The position numbers were made by a program, and so were the translations under genes. From Spirochaetia bacterium (lineage in GTDB: Bacteria; Spirochaetota; Spirochaetia; SZUA-6; Bin103), in the NCBI GenBank assembly GCA_965208575.1, contig CBDBOV010000004.1, positions 1,024,001 to 1,088,000 of the forward strand: DNA of 64,000 nucleotides, in the 5' to 3' direction. Shown here piece after piece: positions 20,303-30,679 of this stretch (position 1 is the stretch's first letter; each line of letters starts with the position of its first letter). The notes beneath the pieces were generated by a model, which saw nothing but the letters and a program-made list of their open reading frames with translations, made no database searches and was not told the DNA's origin.

Positions 20303-21736
20303 CTACAGGTGGCGCCGCCGCAGCCACACCGCCAGCCCGGCGCCGAGCACGCCGAGCGGCATCAGCAGCACGGCCACGCCGGAGATGATCAACTGCGCCA
20401 ACCGCGTCATGCGCAGCGGGAACGTGCGCAGCGACTTGGCGCGAATGGAGATCGACTCCTCGCGGCTGCGCGCCCAGCTCAGGCTGTTGAGCAGCATGTC
20501 GTAGTTGGCCTGGTAGGGCTGCCGCAGAAACAGCGCCGACGAGAACACCACCACGCGCGACTTCATGTAGCCGTCGAGGTCGTTGTCGGTAATCGCCACG
20601 GCGATCGCGAACGGCCCGTTCGGCTCGCCCTCCTGCTGCTCGACCGACTGGATCTGGAAATCGGTGCGCAGGAACGATCCCTCCGAGGTGTTCAGGAACG
20701 GTTCCACCGTCAAGGTGCGCCGCTTGGTCTCCAGTTCCTCGATCGGCCCCGCCGCCGGCATCACGATGAACAGCCGCTCCGAGCGCATCGGGGACACGAT
20801 CTCGTGGGAGGTCATCTCCGGCACCAGGAACACCTGGCTGTCCGGCGTATGGCGTCCCGACTCCTCGACGATGATGCCGTTCACCATCCGCACCCCGAAC
20901 CCGGCGAGCAGCTCGTCCAGGTTGGGCAACCCGGCGCGCCGCGCCGCCTGCAGCACGAACACCACGCGCCCGCCGTCGCGCATCCAGGCGTCGAGCCGGT
21001 CCGCCTCCACCACGGTCAGGTCCTGCTCCGGCGCCACCACCAGCAGCACGTCGACATCCTCGGGGATGGTGTCGCGCGACACCAGGTCGAGCGTGTCCAC
21101 CTCGTAGTTGTCGTTCTCCAGCAGGTCGCGCACGTTCAGGCCCGGCATGCCGAGCTGGAACATCGACTGCTCGCCGTGCCCCTCCAGCAGGTAGACGGAC
21201 GGCAGATCGCCGGTGGTCACGTACAGCAGCGCCGCGGTCAGCTCCTGCTCCAGCGACAGCGAGGTGGCCTGCCGGGTCTGCATGTTGACGTTGAAAATGT
21301 CGAACTGGCTGATCATCCGGAACCGGTCGCCGCCGTCGACGATCAGCCCGCCGGGGCGCACCTGTCCCTCTTCCTCGTACTTGGCCGCCAGGCCGGGGTT
21401 GCGCTCCGGATCGAGGGTGGCCAGTTTGACGTGGCCGCTGCGCTTCGCGTAGCGGTCGAGCACCGAGTCGATCAGCGGGTTTTCGCGCCCGGTGGTGCCG
21501 ATCTGGTACACGGTGACGTCGGCCTGCAGGTTGTCCAGGACCTGGAAGGTCTGGTCGGACAGCGAGAACAGCCGATTCTGGGTCAGGTCGGCCTCCACGC
21601 CGAACTGGTCCACCAGCAGGTTGACCAGCACCAGGACCGCCACCATGCCGAGCGAGGTGAGCAGCGCGTAGCCGCCGTAGCGCACCTGCTTGCTCTCGCG
21701 CAGGCGGCGCATCTGCGCGGAAAGGATATCACTCAT
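20303..21736 (-). CDS. GldG-family ABC transporter auxiliary component
   Basis: DLTQNRLFSLSDQT, EQELTAAL, LEGHGE, C-terminal TM ending WLRRR. Confidence 0.85.
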   Translation of the reverse strand: MSDILSAQMRRLRESKQVRYGGYALLTSLGMVAVLVLVNLLVDQFGVEADLTQNRLFSLSDQTFQVLDNLQADVTVYQIGTTGRENPLIDSVLDRYAKRSGHVKLATLDPERNPGLAAKYEEEGQVRPGGLIVDGGDRFRMISQFDIFNVNMQTRQATSLSLEQELTAALLYVTTGDLPSVYLLEGHGEQSMFQLGMPGLNVRDLLENDNYEVDTLDLVSRDTIPEDVDVLLVVAPEQDLTVVEADRLDAWMRDGGRVVFVLQAARRAGLPNLDELLAGFGVRMVNGIIVEESGRHTPDSQVFLVPEMTSHEIVSPMRSERLFIVMPAAGPIEELETKRRTLTVEPFLNTSEGSFLRTDFQIQSVEQQEGEPNGPFAIAVAITDNDLDGYMKSRVVVFSSALFLRQPYQANYDMLLNSLSWARSREESISIRAKSLRTFPLRMTRLAQLIISGVAVLLMPLGVLGAGLAVWLRRRHL

Positions 21737-21737
21737 G

Positions 21738-22601
21738 TCAGGTCCACCTGTTGCGTTCGATCACGCGCACGGTGAGGAATACCAGCACGGTCGAGAAGGA
21801 CACGTAATAGACGATCGGGCTGAGCGCCAGGACGCCGCCCATGAAGCGCTGGAACCTGCTGGTGAGCGAGAACCACGCCAGGAAGTCGATGATGAAGGTC
21901 TCGTAGAAGCCCTCCACCGAGAACGCGGCCACCACGATCAACGCCGCCAGGAGCAGCAGCGTGGCGGCGGAGATCACCAGGTTGCGCGTTGCGAGGTACA
22001 CCCACAGCACCACCAGGGCGCCGAGGCAGGAGGCGAACACGATGCCCGGCACGGTGCCGGCCGGCACGCCGTTCTGCACGAAGTCGATGATCCACATCAA
22101 CAGCAGGGCGGCGAAGGTGGACACCGCCGAGATCACCTGGTTGTCGGTGAGCGACGACATCAGCATGCCGACGGCGATGAACGTGCAGCCGAGCAGGAAG
22201 AAACCGACGTAGCCGCCCAGGATCTCCCAGCCGGGCAGGCGCCCGAAGAAGCTCATGGTGATCGGGTACAGCACGGTCACCAGCAGCGTGAACAGAAACA
22301 CCGCCACCGCCGCGAGGTACTTGCCGAGCACGATGCCGGTCACGCTCACCGGCACGGTGAGCAGGAGCTGGTCGGTGCGCTGCCGCTTCTCGTCCGCGAA
22401 CAGGCGCATGGTGAGAATCGGCACGATCACCAGGAACACGAAGATGATCGAGCTCAGCACGCCCTGGAACTGCGGGTTGGAACGCAGCACGTTGTCGGTG
22501 GCGAAGAAGAAGCCGGCCAGCAGCAGGAAGAACCCCATGAAGATGTAGCCGATCGGCGAAAAGTAGTAGGAGCGCAACTCGCGCAGGAACACCGCGATCA
22601 T
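21738..22601 (-). CDS. ABC-2 type permease (GldF-like)
   Basis: RELRSYYFSPIGY, PILTMRLFADEKRQRTDQLLLT.P, GKYLA, SSLTDNQVIS. Confidence 0.88.
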   Translation of the reverse strand: MIAVFLRELRSYYFSPIGYIFMGFFLLLAGFFFATDNVLRSNPQFQGVLSSIIFVFLVIVPILTMRLFADEKRQRTDQLLLTVPVSVTGIVLGKYLAAVAVFLFTLLVTVLYPITMSFFGRLPGWEILGGYVGFFLLGCTFIAVGMLMSSLTDNQVISAVSTFAALLLMWIIDFVQNGVPAGTVPGIVFASCLGALVVLWVYLATRNLVISAATLLLLAALIVVAAFSVEGFYETFIIDFLAWFSLTSRFQRFMGGVLALSPIVYYVSFSTVLVFLTVRVIERNRWT

Positions 22602-23695
22602 CAGGCGTCCCCTTCGCCGGCGCCGGCCTGCCCGGGGGCCGCCGCTTCGTGCGCCGCTTCGGAAGCCGCCGGCGGCGGTGTGCCGTCGGAGGTGCCGCCC
22701 GCGTCCGACGACCCCGCCGCTGCGGAAGCGGCCGCGGGCGTGCCCGGTGCCTCGCCGGCGGCGTCCTCGGTGGTGAGTTGCAGGAAGATCTCCTCGAGCG
22801 TGTAGTCCATCGCCGTCATCAGGTAGATCGGCAGGTCCGCCCTGCTCAGGGCGTGGAAGATGGCGCGCCGCGGGTCGGCGCCGGCGGCGGTCTCCACGTG
22901 CAGGTCGACCGTGCCCGGCTCCACCGTGCCCTGCGCGCTGACCTCGTTCACCCCCGCCACGCCGGCCAGCGCGGCCAGCGCCGCCTCCTCGCTACCCGCC
23001 ACGCGCAACCGGAACTCGCTGCTGTCGTGCAGGCGCTTGCCCAGGTTCTCGGTGGTGTCGGAGGCGACCAGCTTGCCGCGGTTGATGATGATCACCCGGT
23101 CGCACACCGCGCTCACCTCGGGCAGGATGTGCGAGGAAAGGATGATGGTGTGCTCGTGGCCGAGTTCGCGGATCAGGTTGCGGATCTCGATGATCTGGTG
23201 CGGGTCGAGGCCGATGGTGGGCTCGTCCAGAATCAGCACGCGGGGACTGCCGACCAGCGCCTGCGCCAGGCCGACGCGCTGGCGATAGCCCTTGGAAAGG
23301 TTCTTGATCAGCCGGTCGCGCACGTGGGCGATGCCGGCCAGCTCCAGGATGCGCTCCTGCTGCGCCGCGGCGGTGCTGCGGTCCGCCTTCTTGAGCCGCG
23401 CCACGAAGCGCAGGTACTCGCGCACCGTCATGTCGAGATACAGCGGCGGCAACTCCGGCAGGTAGCCGACGCGCCGCTTCACCTGGTCGGGATCCTCGAG
23501 CACGTCGAAGCCGTCCACCGTCACCGTGCCGGCGGTGGCCGACAGGTAGCCGGTGATGATGTTCATGGTGGTCGACTTGCCGGCGCCGTTCGGGCCGAGG
23601 AACCCGACCACCTCGCCGTCGTCCACCCGAAAGCTGATGTCGTCGACGGCGAGATGCTGGCCGTAGCGCTTGGAAACGCCTTCAACCGTTATCAC
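22601..23695 (-). CDS. ABC transporter ATP-binding protein (GldA-like)
   Basis: GPNGAGKST, LSKGYRQRVG, ILDEPT, SSHIL. Confidence 0.93.
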   Translation of the reverse strand: MITVEGVSKRYGQHLAVDDISFRVDDGEVVGFLGPNGAGKSTTMNIITGYLSATAGTVTVDGFDVLEDPDQVKRRVGYLPELPPLYLDMTVREYLRFVARLKKADRSTAAAQQERILELAGIAHVRDRLIKNLSKGYRQRVGLAQALVGSPRVLILDEPTIGLDPHQIIEIRNLIRELGHEHTIILSSHILPEVSAVCDRVIIINRGKLVASDTTENLGKRLHDSSEFRLRVAGSEEAALAALAGVAGVNEVSAQGTVEPGTVDLHVETAAGADPRRAIFHALSRADLPIYLMTAMDYTLEEIFLQLTTEDAAGEAPGTPAAASAAAGSSDAGGTSDGTPPPAASEAAHEAAAPGQAGAGEGDA

Positions 23696-23962
23696 GTTTA
23701 TGTGCCTCCGCGCCGGTCACGCCGCCGTTCTGGGCCGTTGCGGGATGACGGCGGCGGCACGCAGCCAAGACCAACGCGCGCGGTCGATGCCCGCACAGGC
23801 GACAGGGAAACCGGGCTATTGCTTGGTATGCCCACAAGCTACTGAAACCGCCCCACGGAGTAAAGACGACCGCTCGTCGCACCACGTCGCACCAGGCTCA
23901 CCATCTACGCCGCACGGCCTCCCGCCCGATGACGCACGAAGCCGGCGGCGACCAACTCGCCC

Positions 23963-23997
23963 TTGACATGAGAACTTCATGCTTTCATGGTTATTTC
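23963..23997 (+). promoter_or_regulatory. Promoter/operator of the TA operon, probably giving a leaderless transcript
   Basis: TTGACA 23963-23968, 17 nt, CATGGT 23986-23991, ATG 6 nt later with no SD; four CATG palindromes spaced about 8-11 nt. Confidence 0.55.
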
Positions 23998-24270
23998 ATG
24001 TCCACGATGATCCAAATCCGCAACGTTCCCGCACCTGTGCATCGGCGCCTCAAGGCGCGCGCCGCGATAGAGGGGGTCTCGATGTCACAGTACGTGCTGG
24101 CGGCCATCGAGCGGGCGCTGGAGCGTCCGAGCCGGCGAGAACTGCTCGCCGCGATACGCCGAGAGCCGGCCGCGACCCTGGATCCGTCTCCGGCGGACGT
24201 ACTTCGCGCGGAGCGCGCAGCGCGCGGCGAACAACTCGAAGCGGCGCCTCGGCGCGACCTGGACCGGTAG
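23998..24270 (+). CDS. FitA-like ribbon-helix-helix antitoxin
   Basis: MSTMIQIRNVPAPVHRRLKARAAIEGVSMSQYV; directly upstream of a PIN toxin. Confidence 0.85.
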   Translation: MSTMIQIRNVPAPVHRRLKARAAIEGVSMSQYVLAAIERALERPSRRELLAAIRREPAATLDPSPADVLRAERAARGEQLEAAPRRDLDR

Positions 24271-24273
24271 ACC

Positions 24274-24666
24274 TTGTTCGTCCTGGATGCTTCGGGCGCA
24301 GTCGAACTGGTACTGAATACCGCCGCCGGCAAGCGCATAGCCAGTCGGCTGGACGATCCCGCCCAGATCGTCCACGCGCCTCACCTCATCGATGTCGAGA
24401 TCGCTCACGTACTCCGCCGCTACACCCTGCACGGAGTGCTGAATGCCGCTCGCTGCGAGCGGGCGCTCAGCCACTGGCGCGAACTCGACGTCGAGCGCCA
24501 CTCCCATGACCTGTTCCTCGATCGCATGTGGCAGCTCCGCCACAACGTGAGCGCCTGCGACGCCGCCTACGTTGCCTTGACCGAAGTGCTGTCGACCGTT
24601 CTCGTAACCGGCGACGGCCGCCTCCAGCGGGTCCCCGGACTGGCGATTCGCATCGAACTCGCTTGA
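24274..24666 (+). CDS. vapC: VapC-family PIN-domain toxin
   Basis: VLDASGAVE, APHLIDVEI, NVSACDAAYVAL, LVTGDGRL. Confidence 0.88.
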   Translation: MFVLDASGAVELVLNTAAGKRIASRLDDPAQIVHAPHLIDVEIAHVLRRYTLHGVLNAARCERALSHWRELDVERHSHDLFLDRMWQLRHNVSACDAAYVALTEVLSTVLVTGDGRLQRVPGLAIRIELA

Positions 24667-24735
24667 CTCCGCCCGCGTCGTAAGCGGCGGCGCGTACCGG
24701 GGCCGACGGGACCGTCCGGTGTATAATTTGCCGGG

Positions 24736-25548
24736 ATGAGTCCGCTATCACCGGTCCGGGCGTTTCGGCTGTTGCTCGACCCGAAGCGTCCCGGAGCGCG
24801 CAACATGGCCGTGGACGAGGCGCTGCTGCGTTGCATGACGCCGGACGGCGCACCGGTGCTGCGGCTGTACGGGTTCGCGCCGGCGTGCGTGTCGCTGGGC
24901 CGGTTTCAGGCGGCGGGCGACTTGGCCGGTGACGCCATGCGAATACGCGACGGCGTCGACATGGTGCGCCGGCCGACCGGCGGGCGGGCGGTTCTGCATG
25001 ACGACGAGGTCACCTACGCGGTGGTGCTTGGGCGTCGCCACCTGCAGCCGTTCACCAAGCGTGCGGCGTACCGGGCGTCGGCGGCGCTGCTGCTGCGCCT
25101 GCTGAGCGCGCTCGGCGTGCGCGGTTCGGTGCACCCCGGCGACACCGCGGCACCTGCGGCGGACGCGGATCCTGACTGCTACCGCGCCACCGGTGAGTAC
25201 GAAATCACCGCTGACGCCAAGAAGCTGGTGGGCAGCGCCCAGATCACCACTCGCGACGCCGCGCTGCAGCACGGCTCGATCCCACTGTCCACCTCCTACG
25301 CGCGCATCGCCCGCTACCTCCGGGGAAGGGGTTCCGCGCGCGACGAAAGGACTGTCCCACGCGCCACCTCGGTGGCCGCCGAGAGCGGCCGCCGCTGGTG
25401 CTACGACGATGCACTGCACGAGTTGGCGGCGGCCGCTCGTGGGGATCTTGATGCGGAGATTTCGGCGCTGTCGGAAGCGGAAGTGAGGCTGGCGGGGGAA
25501 CTGGAGGAGAACCGGTATGCCCGCCGGCATTGGACATACGCCCGATGA
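24736..25548 (+). CDS. Lipoate-protein ligase A family / octanoyltransferase (LipM-like)
   Basis: NMAVDEALL, LRLY, SLGRFQ, VRRPTGGRAVLH, KLVGSAQ, LQHGSI. Confidence 0.88.
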   Translation: MSPLSPVRAFRLLLDPKRPGARNMAVDEALLRCMTPDGAPVLRLYGFAPACVSLGRFQAAGDLAGDAMRIRDGVDMVRRPTGGRAVLHDDEVTYAVVLGRRHLQPFTKRAAYRASAALLLRLLSALGVRGSVHPGDTAAPAADADPDCYRATGEYEITADAKKLVGSAQITTRDAALQHGSIPLSTSYARIARYLRGRGSARDERTVPRATSVAAESGRRWCYDDALHELAAAARGDLDAEISALSEAEVRLAGELEENRYARRHWTYAR

Positions 25549-27407
25549 TCGTGCGACCTACCGTAGCGCCGCGCAGCAAGAGCAACCGCCGGGACTCTGA
25601 CTCGACGCTGGTGCTATCGATCGGTCTCGTCATGGCTACGCTCGCGTTGGCGAGTGCCGCCCTCGCAGTAGGGGAAGAGAGCGTCGCGGCGGAACACGAG
25701 GCCGCGGCCGCCCCAGGCGCCGCCACGGGCGAGCCAGCCGGCACCGCGGCCTCCGGCGCGGCGCCCAAGATGTTCTGGGAGGCGCTGGACAGCGCGCAGG
25801 CGATGCGCGCGTTCGCGGCCGGGCTCAGCGATGATGAGTTGCTGGGACAAGCGTTCATGCTCGGCTATCCGGGTGCGGCCCCCACGCCGTTTCTGCGCGG
25901 CTGGATCGAGGGGCAGAGCCTCGGCGGCGTCAAGATCTTTCCGCGCAACGTGGCCAGCTTGCAGCAACTCGCCGCGGACATCGACGAGCTGCAAGGGGCG
26001 GCGCAACGGCAGCCGCGCCGGATCCCGCTGCTGATCGCGACCGACCTGGAGGGCGGCTGGATCGATCACGTCAAGCACGAGATCTCGAAGACGCCGGGCA
26101 ACCTCGCCATCGGCGCGGCCGGCATGGCCGACGACGCCTACCGCACCGGGCGCTACCTCGGCCTGGAACTGGCCGCCCTGGGCATCAACATGAACTTCGC
26201 CCCCACGGTGGACGTCTACTCCAACCCGGATGCGTCGGTGATCGGGCCGCGCGCGTTCAGCTCCGACCCGGTGCAGACCGGCCTGCTGGCGGTGGCGTAC
26301 TTCCGTGGCCTGCAGAGCGCCGGCATCATCGCCACCGCCAAGCATTACCCCGGCCACGGCGCCGCCGACCGCGATTCGCACCTGGTGCTGCCGCGCGTCG
26401 CCGCCGACCGCGAGCAGTTGTGGGACCGCGAGCTGGTGCCCTACCGGTTCCTGGTCCGCGAGGGGGTGCCGGCCATCATGAGCGGCCACCTGGCGTTCCC
26501 GGCGATCGCCGACGAGCGGGTTCCCGCGTCCCTCTCGCCGGTGTTCATGAGCGAGTTGCTGCGCGAACGCCTGGGCTTCGACGGCGTCGTGGTCACCGAC
26601 GACCTGGAGATGACCGGGGCGGTGCAACACGCCGGGTCGCCGGCGCAAGCGGTGGTTGCCGCCATCGAAGCCGGCAATGACCTGGCACTGGTGTCGCACA
26701 CGCCGGCGTGGCAGGAACAGGCTTGGGAGGCGGCCCGGCGGCGCATGAAGGAGGACGAGCAGTTCCGCAGCCGGGTGGCGGAGGCCGCGTTGCGGGTACT
26801 GGAGGCGAAGCGCGCAGCGGTGACCGCGACTCCGCCGCTGCCGGTCACCTCGGCCGCGTCGGTTGCCGGCTCGTTGGCCCACCTGGTGCCGGCGCCCGGT
26901 GCGGCGGAGTTCTTCTTCTCGTCGGCGGCGCGCGCGGTCACCGTGGTGCGGGACGCCGGGCTGCCGCTGCCCGAGGCGCGCGGGCGCACCCTGCTCGCCG
27001 GCCAGCACCGCGCCTTCCTCGACGCCGGCCGCCGGCGCTACCCCGACGCGGAAGTGGCGAATTTCCCGTGGAGCCCGTTCTACTACGCCCGCGAGCCGCA
27101 CCTGAGCGCGATTCCCGCCGCCGCCCGCGGTTACGACACGATCATATTCGAGCTGGCCAACTTCAACAGCCTGGAGATCCTCGCCGCCATGGAGCCGCTC
27201 GCCGAGCGCATCGTCGTGCTGTCGGCGCTTACCCCCGTGTACCTGCGCGAGGTCCCGTGGGTGCACACCGCGGTCGCGGTATACGGCAACAGCGCCGCCT
27301 CGTTCGACGCCGGCTTCGCGGTGTTGGCCGGCGACTACCCGGCCTCCGGCCGGTGGCCGCTCGACTTCGGCGCCGCCGCGGCGGCCGCGGCGGCCGCAGC
27401 ACCGTGA
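25545..27407 (+). CDS. Glycoside hydrolase family 3, beta-N-acetylhexosaminidase (NagZ-like); start uncertain
   Basis: LLIATDLEGG, GINMNFAP, KHYPGHG..DRDSH, IMSGH, VVTDDLEM. Confidence 0.88.
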   Translation: MIVRPTVAPRSKSNRRDSDSTLVLSIGLVMATLALASAALAVGEESVAAEHEAAAAPGAATGEPAGTAASGAAPKMFWEALDSAQAMRAFAAGLSDDELLGQAFMLGYPGAAPTPFLRGWIEGQSLGGVKIFPRNVASLQQLAADIDELQGAAQRQPRRIPLLIATDLEGGWIDHVKHEISKTPGNLAIGAAGMADDAYRTGRYLGLELAALGINMNFAPTVDVYSNPDASVIGPRAFSSDPVQTGLLAVAYFRGLQSAGIIATAKHYPGHGAADRDSHLVLPRVAADREQLWDRELVPYRFLVREGVPAIMSGHLAFPAIADERVPASLSPVFMSELLRERLGFDGVVVTDDLEMTGAVQHAGSPAQAVVAAIEAGNDLALVSHTPAWQEQAWEAARRRMKEDEQFRSRVAEAALRVLEAKRAAVTATPPLPVTSAASVAGSLAHLVPAPGAAEFFFSSAARAVTVVRDAGLPLPEARGRTLLAGQHRAFLDAGRRRYPDAEVANFPWSPFYYAREPHLSAIPAAARGYDTIIFELANFNSLEILAAMEPLAERIVVLSALTPVYLREVPWVHTAVAVYGNSAASFDAGFAVLAGDYPASGRWPLDFGAAAAAAAAAAP

Positions 27408-28261
27408 GCCGCTGGCGCTTCGCGGCGGCCGCGGACCTGGCACCGGTGGCGAGCGCCGTGTGCGAACGGGAGTGGGCGTACGTACCGTTCAGCGCCCGCC
27501 TCGCCGAGTCCACGCCGAGCGCCCGCTGGCCGTGGCCAACGTGGAGCGTGCTGGTTGGCGGGCACCCTCCGTCCGGCTCCGGACCCTCCCCGGCGCTGCT
27601 GGTGACGCGCTCCGGCCTGGTGCTGCCGGCGCTTGGCGGCGACCTGCCGCTGCCGCGTGCCCTGCGTCCGCTGGTCCAGCGCGCATGCGGCCGGCTGCAC
27701 TCCGCCATGGGTCTCCGTACCGAGGTAGCCCGCGTCCAGGAACTGCTCGGGCGCGGCTACGCGGTGGTCGACTACCTGCTGATGACCGTGGACGCCGCCT
27801 CCTGCCGCGCCGCCGCCGCGCCGCCGGAACTGCGCCTGCAGCGCGCGCGCACGCGCGACGCGAAGCGGCTGTTCGACCTGCAGCGCGCCTACGAACTGGA
27901 AGAGGTGCTGCTCGACGGCTCCCGGTTCAACGCCGACCAGTGCCTGCGGCTGCTGCGCCGCGGCCTGCAGCGCGAGCTGGTCTACTTCGGCACCGTGCGC
28001 GGGCACCCGGTCACCAAGGCGGGCACCAACGCGCGTGGCTTCGCGGTCGACCAGATCGGCGGCGTGTTCACCGACGAGGGGCGGCGCAGGCGCGGCTACG
28101 GCGCCGCGGTCATGACGGTCCTGCTGCGCACCCTGTTCGCCGCCGGCAAGTCGGCCACCCTGTTCGTGAAGCCGGACAACCGGGCCGCCATCCGCCTCTA
28201 CGAGGATCTCGGCTTCGTCACCCGCGACCAATACCGCATCTGCTACTACCGCGCCTACTAG
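27404..28261 (+). CDS. GNAT-family acetyltransferase
   Basis: KAGTNARG..DQIGGVFT..RRRGYG, LFVKPDNRAAIRLYEDLGF; GTGA overlap with the GH3 gene. Confidence 0.82.
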   Translation: MSRWRFAAAADLAPVASAVCEREWAYVPFSARLAESTPSARWPWPTWSVLVGGHPPSGSGPSPALLVTRSGLVLPALGGDLPLPRALRPLVQRACGRLHSAMGLRTEVARVQELLGRGYAVVDYLLMTVDAASCRAAAAPPELRLQRARTRDAKRLFDLQRAYELEEVLLDGSRFNADQCLRLLRRGLQRELVYFGTVRGHPVTKAGTNARGFAVDQIGGVFTDEGRRRRGYGAAVMTVLLRTLFAAGKSATLFVKPDNRAAIRLYEDLGFVTRDQYRICYYRAY

Positions 28262-28583
28262 CAGCGTGTCGGAGTCCGCGCGCCCCCTATTGCCTCACGT
28301 AAAAATCTAACCTTACGGTGAGCGTGCCTCACGTAAGAATCTAACCGAAAGGGAGGCGGAGAACGAGGGGGGAGCGCGAGGGGGGAGACTCATAAATTGT
28401 GGATAAGTGGATAGGCTGCTGGGCGACCGGCCGGGTTGATTCAAGCACACCAACGCGACCGGGGGCGTATCTGGTTGGTCGGCGCGGATGAGGAGGCGTC
28501 AACGGCAGGGAGGTGGTCGGTGCCGTGTCGTGTCGCTGACCGAAGAGGGGGCGGACGGGTCTGGAGGCGACTTCGGTGCTGGT

Positions 28584-28647
28584 GACACGGGGATGTCCAG
28601 ACACCACCTCGTGTCGCGGAGAGGCCTTACAGCGCGGCTGAGGCGAC
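28584..28647. repeat. 64-bp internal direct repeat A (two hairpins)
   Basis: 60/64 identical to 30556-30619; stems GACACG...CGTGTC and GCCT-CAGC/GCTG-AGGC. Confidence 0.9.
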
Positions 28648-28863
28648 ATTTCTTGACGCCGACCGTCTGGCTCACGGATATACGGGCGTCAGAGACGCTC
28701 AGAAGTCATTTGCCGAGCCGGGTGATGCCGCCCACGCCGCGAGCGGCGCGCAGGTTGCTGCGGAGCGCACGGAGCGAGGCGCCCCGGACAACTGCACCGA
28801 GGTGCGTTGCCCGGGGCAGGGTCATGACAATTCCCCACCGCCGGGACGGGGTAGGCGACGAGG

Positions 28864-30537
28864 TTGCGACACCGGAGCCGTCGGGATCGAACGGGGCGGA
28901 GGAGATGCTGTACCCCGCTGACGGACGGAGGGCGTAGCCCGACCGGAGTCAGCCGGCGCGGTGCCGTGGAGGCCACCGTGGACGACGCCGAGATGGCGGA
29001 CCAGGCAGCCAAGCTGCTCGCTTCCGGGATGAGCGGCTCAGCCTGCGCTCGCGAACTCGGCATCCCGGTGAGCACCTTCAACGAGAACCGCCGCGCCGGC
29101 GTCATCACAGATCCCACCCGGGAGCCCGCCGCCAGCGCCGAGGTTGCGCCGGCGGCCACCACCACTGATCACCCGGTCAGCACCGCCGCCGCGGTCAGCG
29201 ACCCGGCGGTCGCCACTGAGCGCGCCAGCCGCGACGCCCGCGACAAGCACGCGCCCATGGGCCGCGCGGCGCGCGACGTGGAACGCCGCACGCTCGCCAG
29301 AGCCGGCCTGCTGACCGAGGCCACACCAGCGTTCGTCGAGCCCGCCCACGCGGTCGCTGGCGGCGGCGTGCTGGCCGCACTGGCGATGCTGCTGCGCGAG
29401 GGCCTGCTCACCGCCGCCAACCGCCTGTTCCGCCTGCCGGCCGGATTCTACGGCCTGACCACCATCCTCCTGTTCGTCGCCTGCATGACCCTGGCCCGGG
29501 TGCGCAACCCCGAGAGCCTGCGCTACCAGGCACCCGGCGAGTGGGGCGCCATCCTCGGCCTCGACCGCTGTCCGGAGACCAAGACGCTGCGCCGCAAGAT
29601 CAGGCTGCTGGCCAGCGCCGAGCACACCGTGCGCGATTGGCAATCGGTACTGGCGCGTACCTGGGCCAGCGAGCACGACGACGACTGGACGACGCTGGCC
29701 GTGGATGGCCACGTGAAGGTGTACACCGGGCGCAACGGGCGGTTGCCGAAACACTTCGTCGCACGCCAGAAGCTGTGTCTGCCGGCGTCGGTGAGCTACT
29801 GGATCAACGCCCTCGGCGGCGCACCGCTGCTGTGCCTGCACAAGGCGCTGGACCCGAAGCCGGTGAATGCGATCAAGCACGACGTGGTGCCGCAGTTGCA
29901 GCACCTGGGGGTGGTGACCGAAGCGGCCCCCGACCTGACCGGAGCACCGGCCGGTACCCCGCAGCTGACCCTGGTGTTCGACCGCGAGGGCTGGAGCCCG
30001 GACCTGTTCAAGCGCCTGGCCCGGCGTGGCATCGCCTGCATCACCTGGCACAAGAACTTCAACGGCGCGGACTGGCTGCCGGAAGACTTCCACACCTTCG
30101 AGGTACCGATCCATGGTCCCGCCGGCACCAGCACGACTGCGGTTGATCTGGCCGAGCAGCCGATCATGCTGCGCAACGGGCTGGTGGTGCGCCAGATCCG
30201 GCGGCGTCTGGCCAACGGTCGTCAGGTGGCGGTGATCACCACGCACCCGCAGATGCCGTTGGCGCAGGTCGCCGGCGCCATGTTCTCGCGCTGGTCGCAG
30301 GAGAACTTCTTCAAGTACCTGCGCGAGCAGTTCAACCTTGACGCGCTGCCGAGCCATGACCTTGCGCCGCCGGAGCCCGACGCACGGGTCGTGAACCGGT
30401 GCGCCGGGCCCTGGAAAAGAGCATCAGGCGGGTACGCAGCCGGCTGGCAGCGGTCCGCAATCGCCTCGCCGAGGCACTGCAGGGACGGCACCGGGACTCC
30501 GCCACCCGGCTTACGGTCGCGGATAAAGTTGCACTGA
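28864..30537 (+). pseudogene. Decayed passenger DDE transposase (IS4/IS1380-like superfamily), frameshifted near 30397 and truncated
   Basis: HTH (SGSACARELGIPVSTF), LAVDGHVKVY, LVFDREGWS, MFSRWSQENFFKY. Plausible protein continues in another frame (RRALEKSIRRVRSRL), then ends at repeat B. Confidence 0.75.
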
Positions 30538-30555
30538 ATTGCATGGTTATGCATA

Positions 30556-30619
30556 GACACGGGGGTATCCAGACACCACCTCGTGTCGTGGAGGGGCCTT
30601 ACAGCGCGGCTGAGGCGAC
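30556..30619. repeat. 64-bp internal direct repeat B
   Basis: Partner of 28584-28647; looser similarity continues to TCATTT(T)GCC at 28706-28714 and 30680-30689. Confidence 0.9.
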
Positions 30620-30679
30620 GTTTTCTCATCGCTGACCGCCCATTCTCCGATTATCGACCGTCAGACCCGCCTGAGAGGG

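Noticed and set aside
28584-30619. CRISPR array or integron attC cassette interpretation of the 64-bp repeats
   Set aside because: Only two units 2 kb apart, no cas or integron integrase gene, and no clear RYYYAAC/GTTRRRY box pair.
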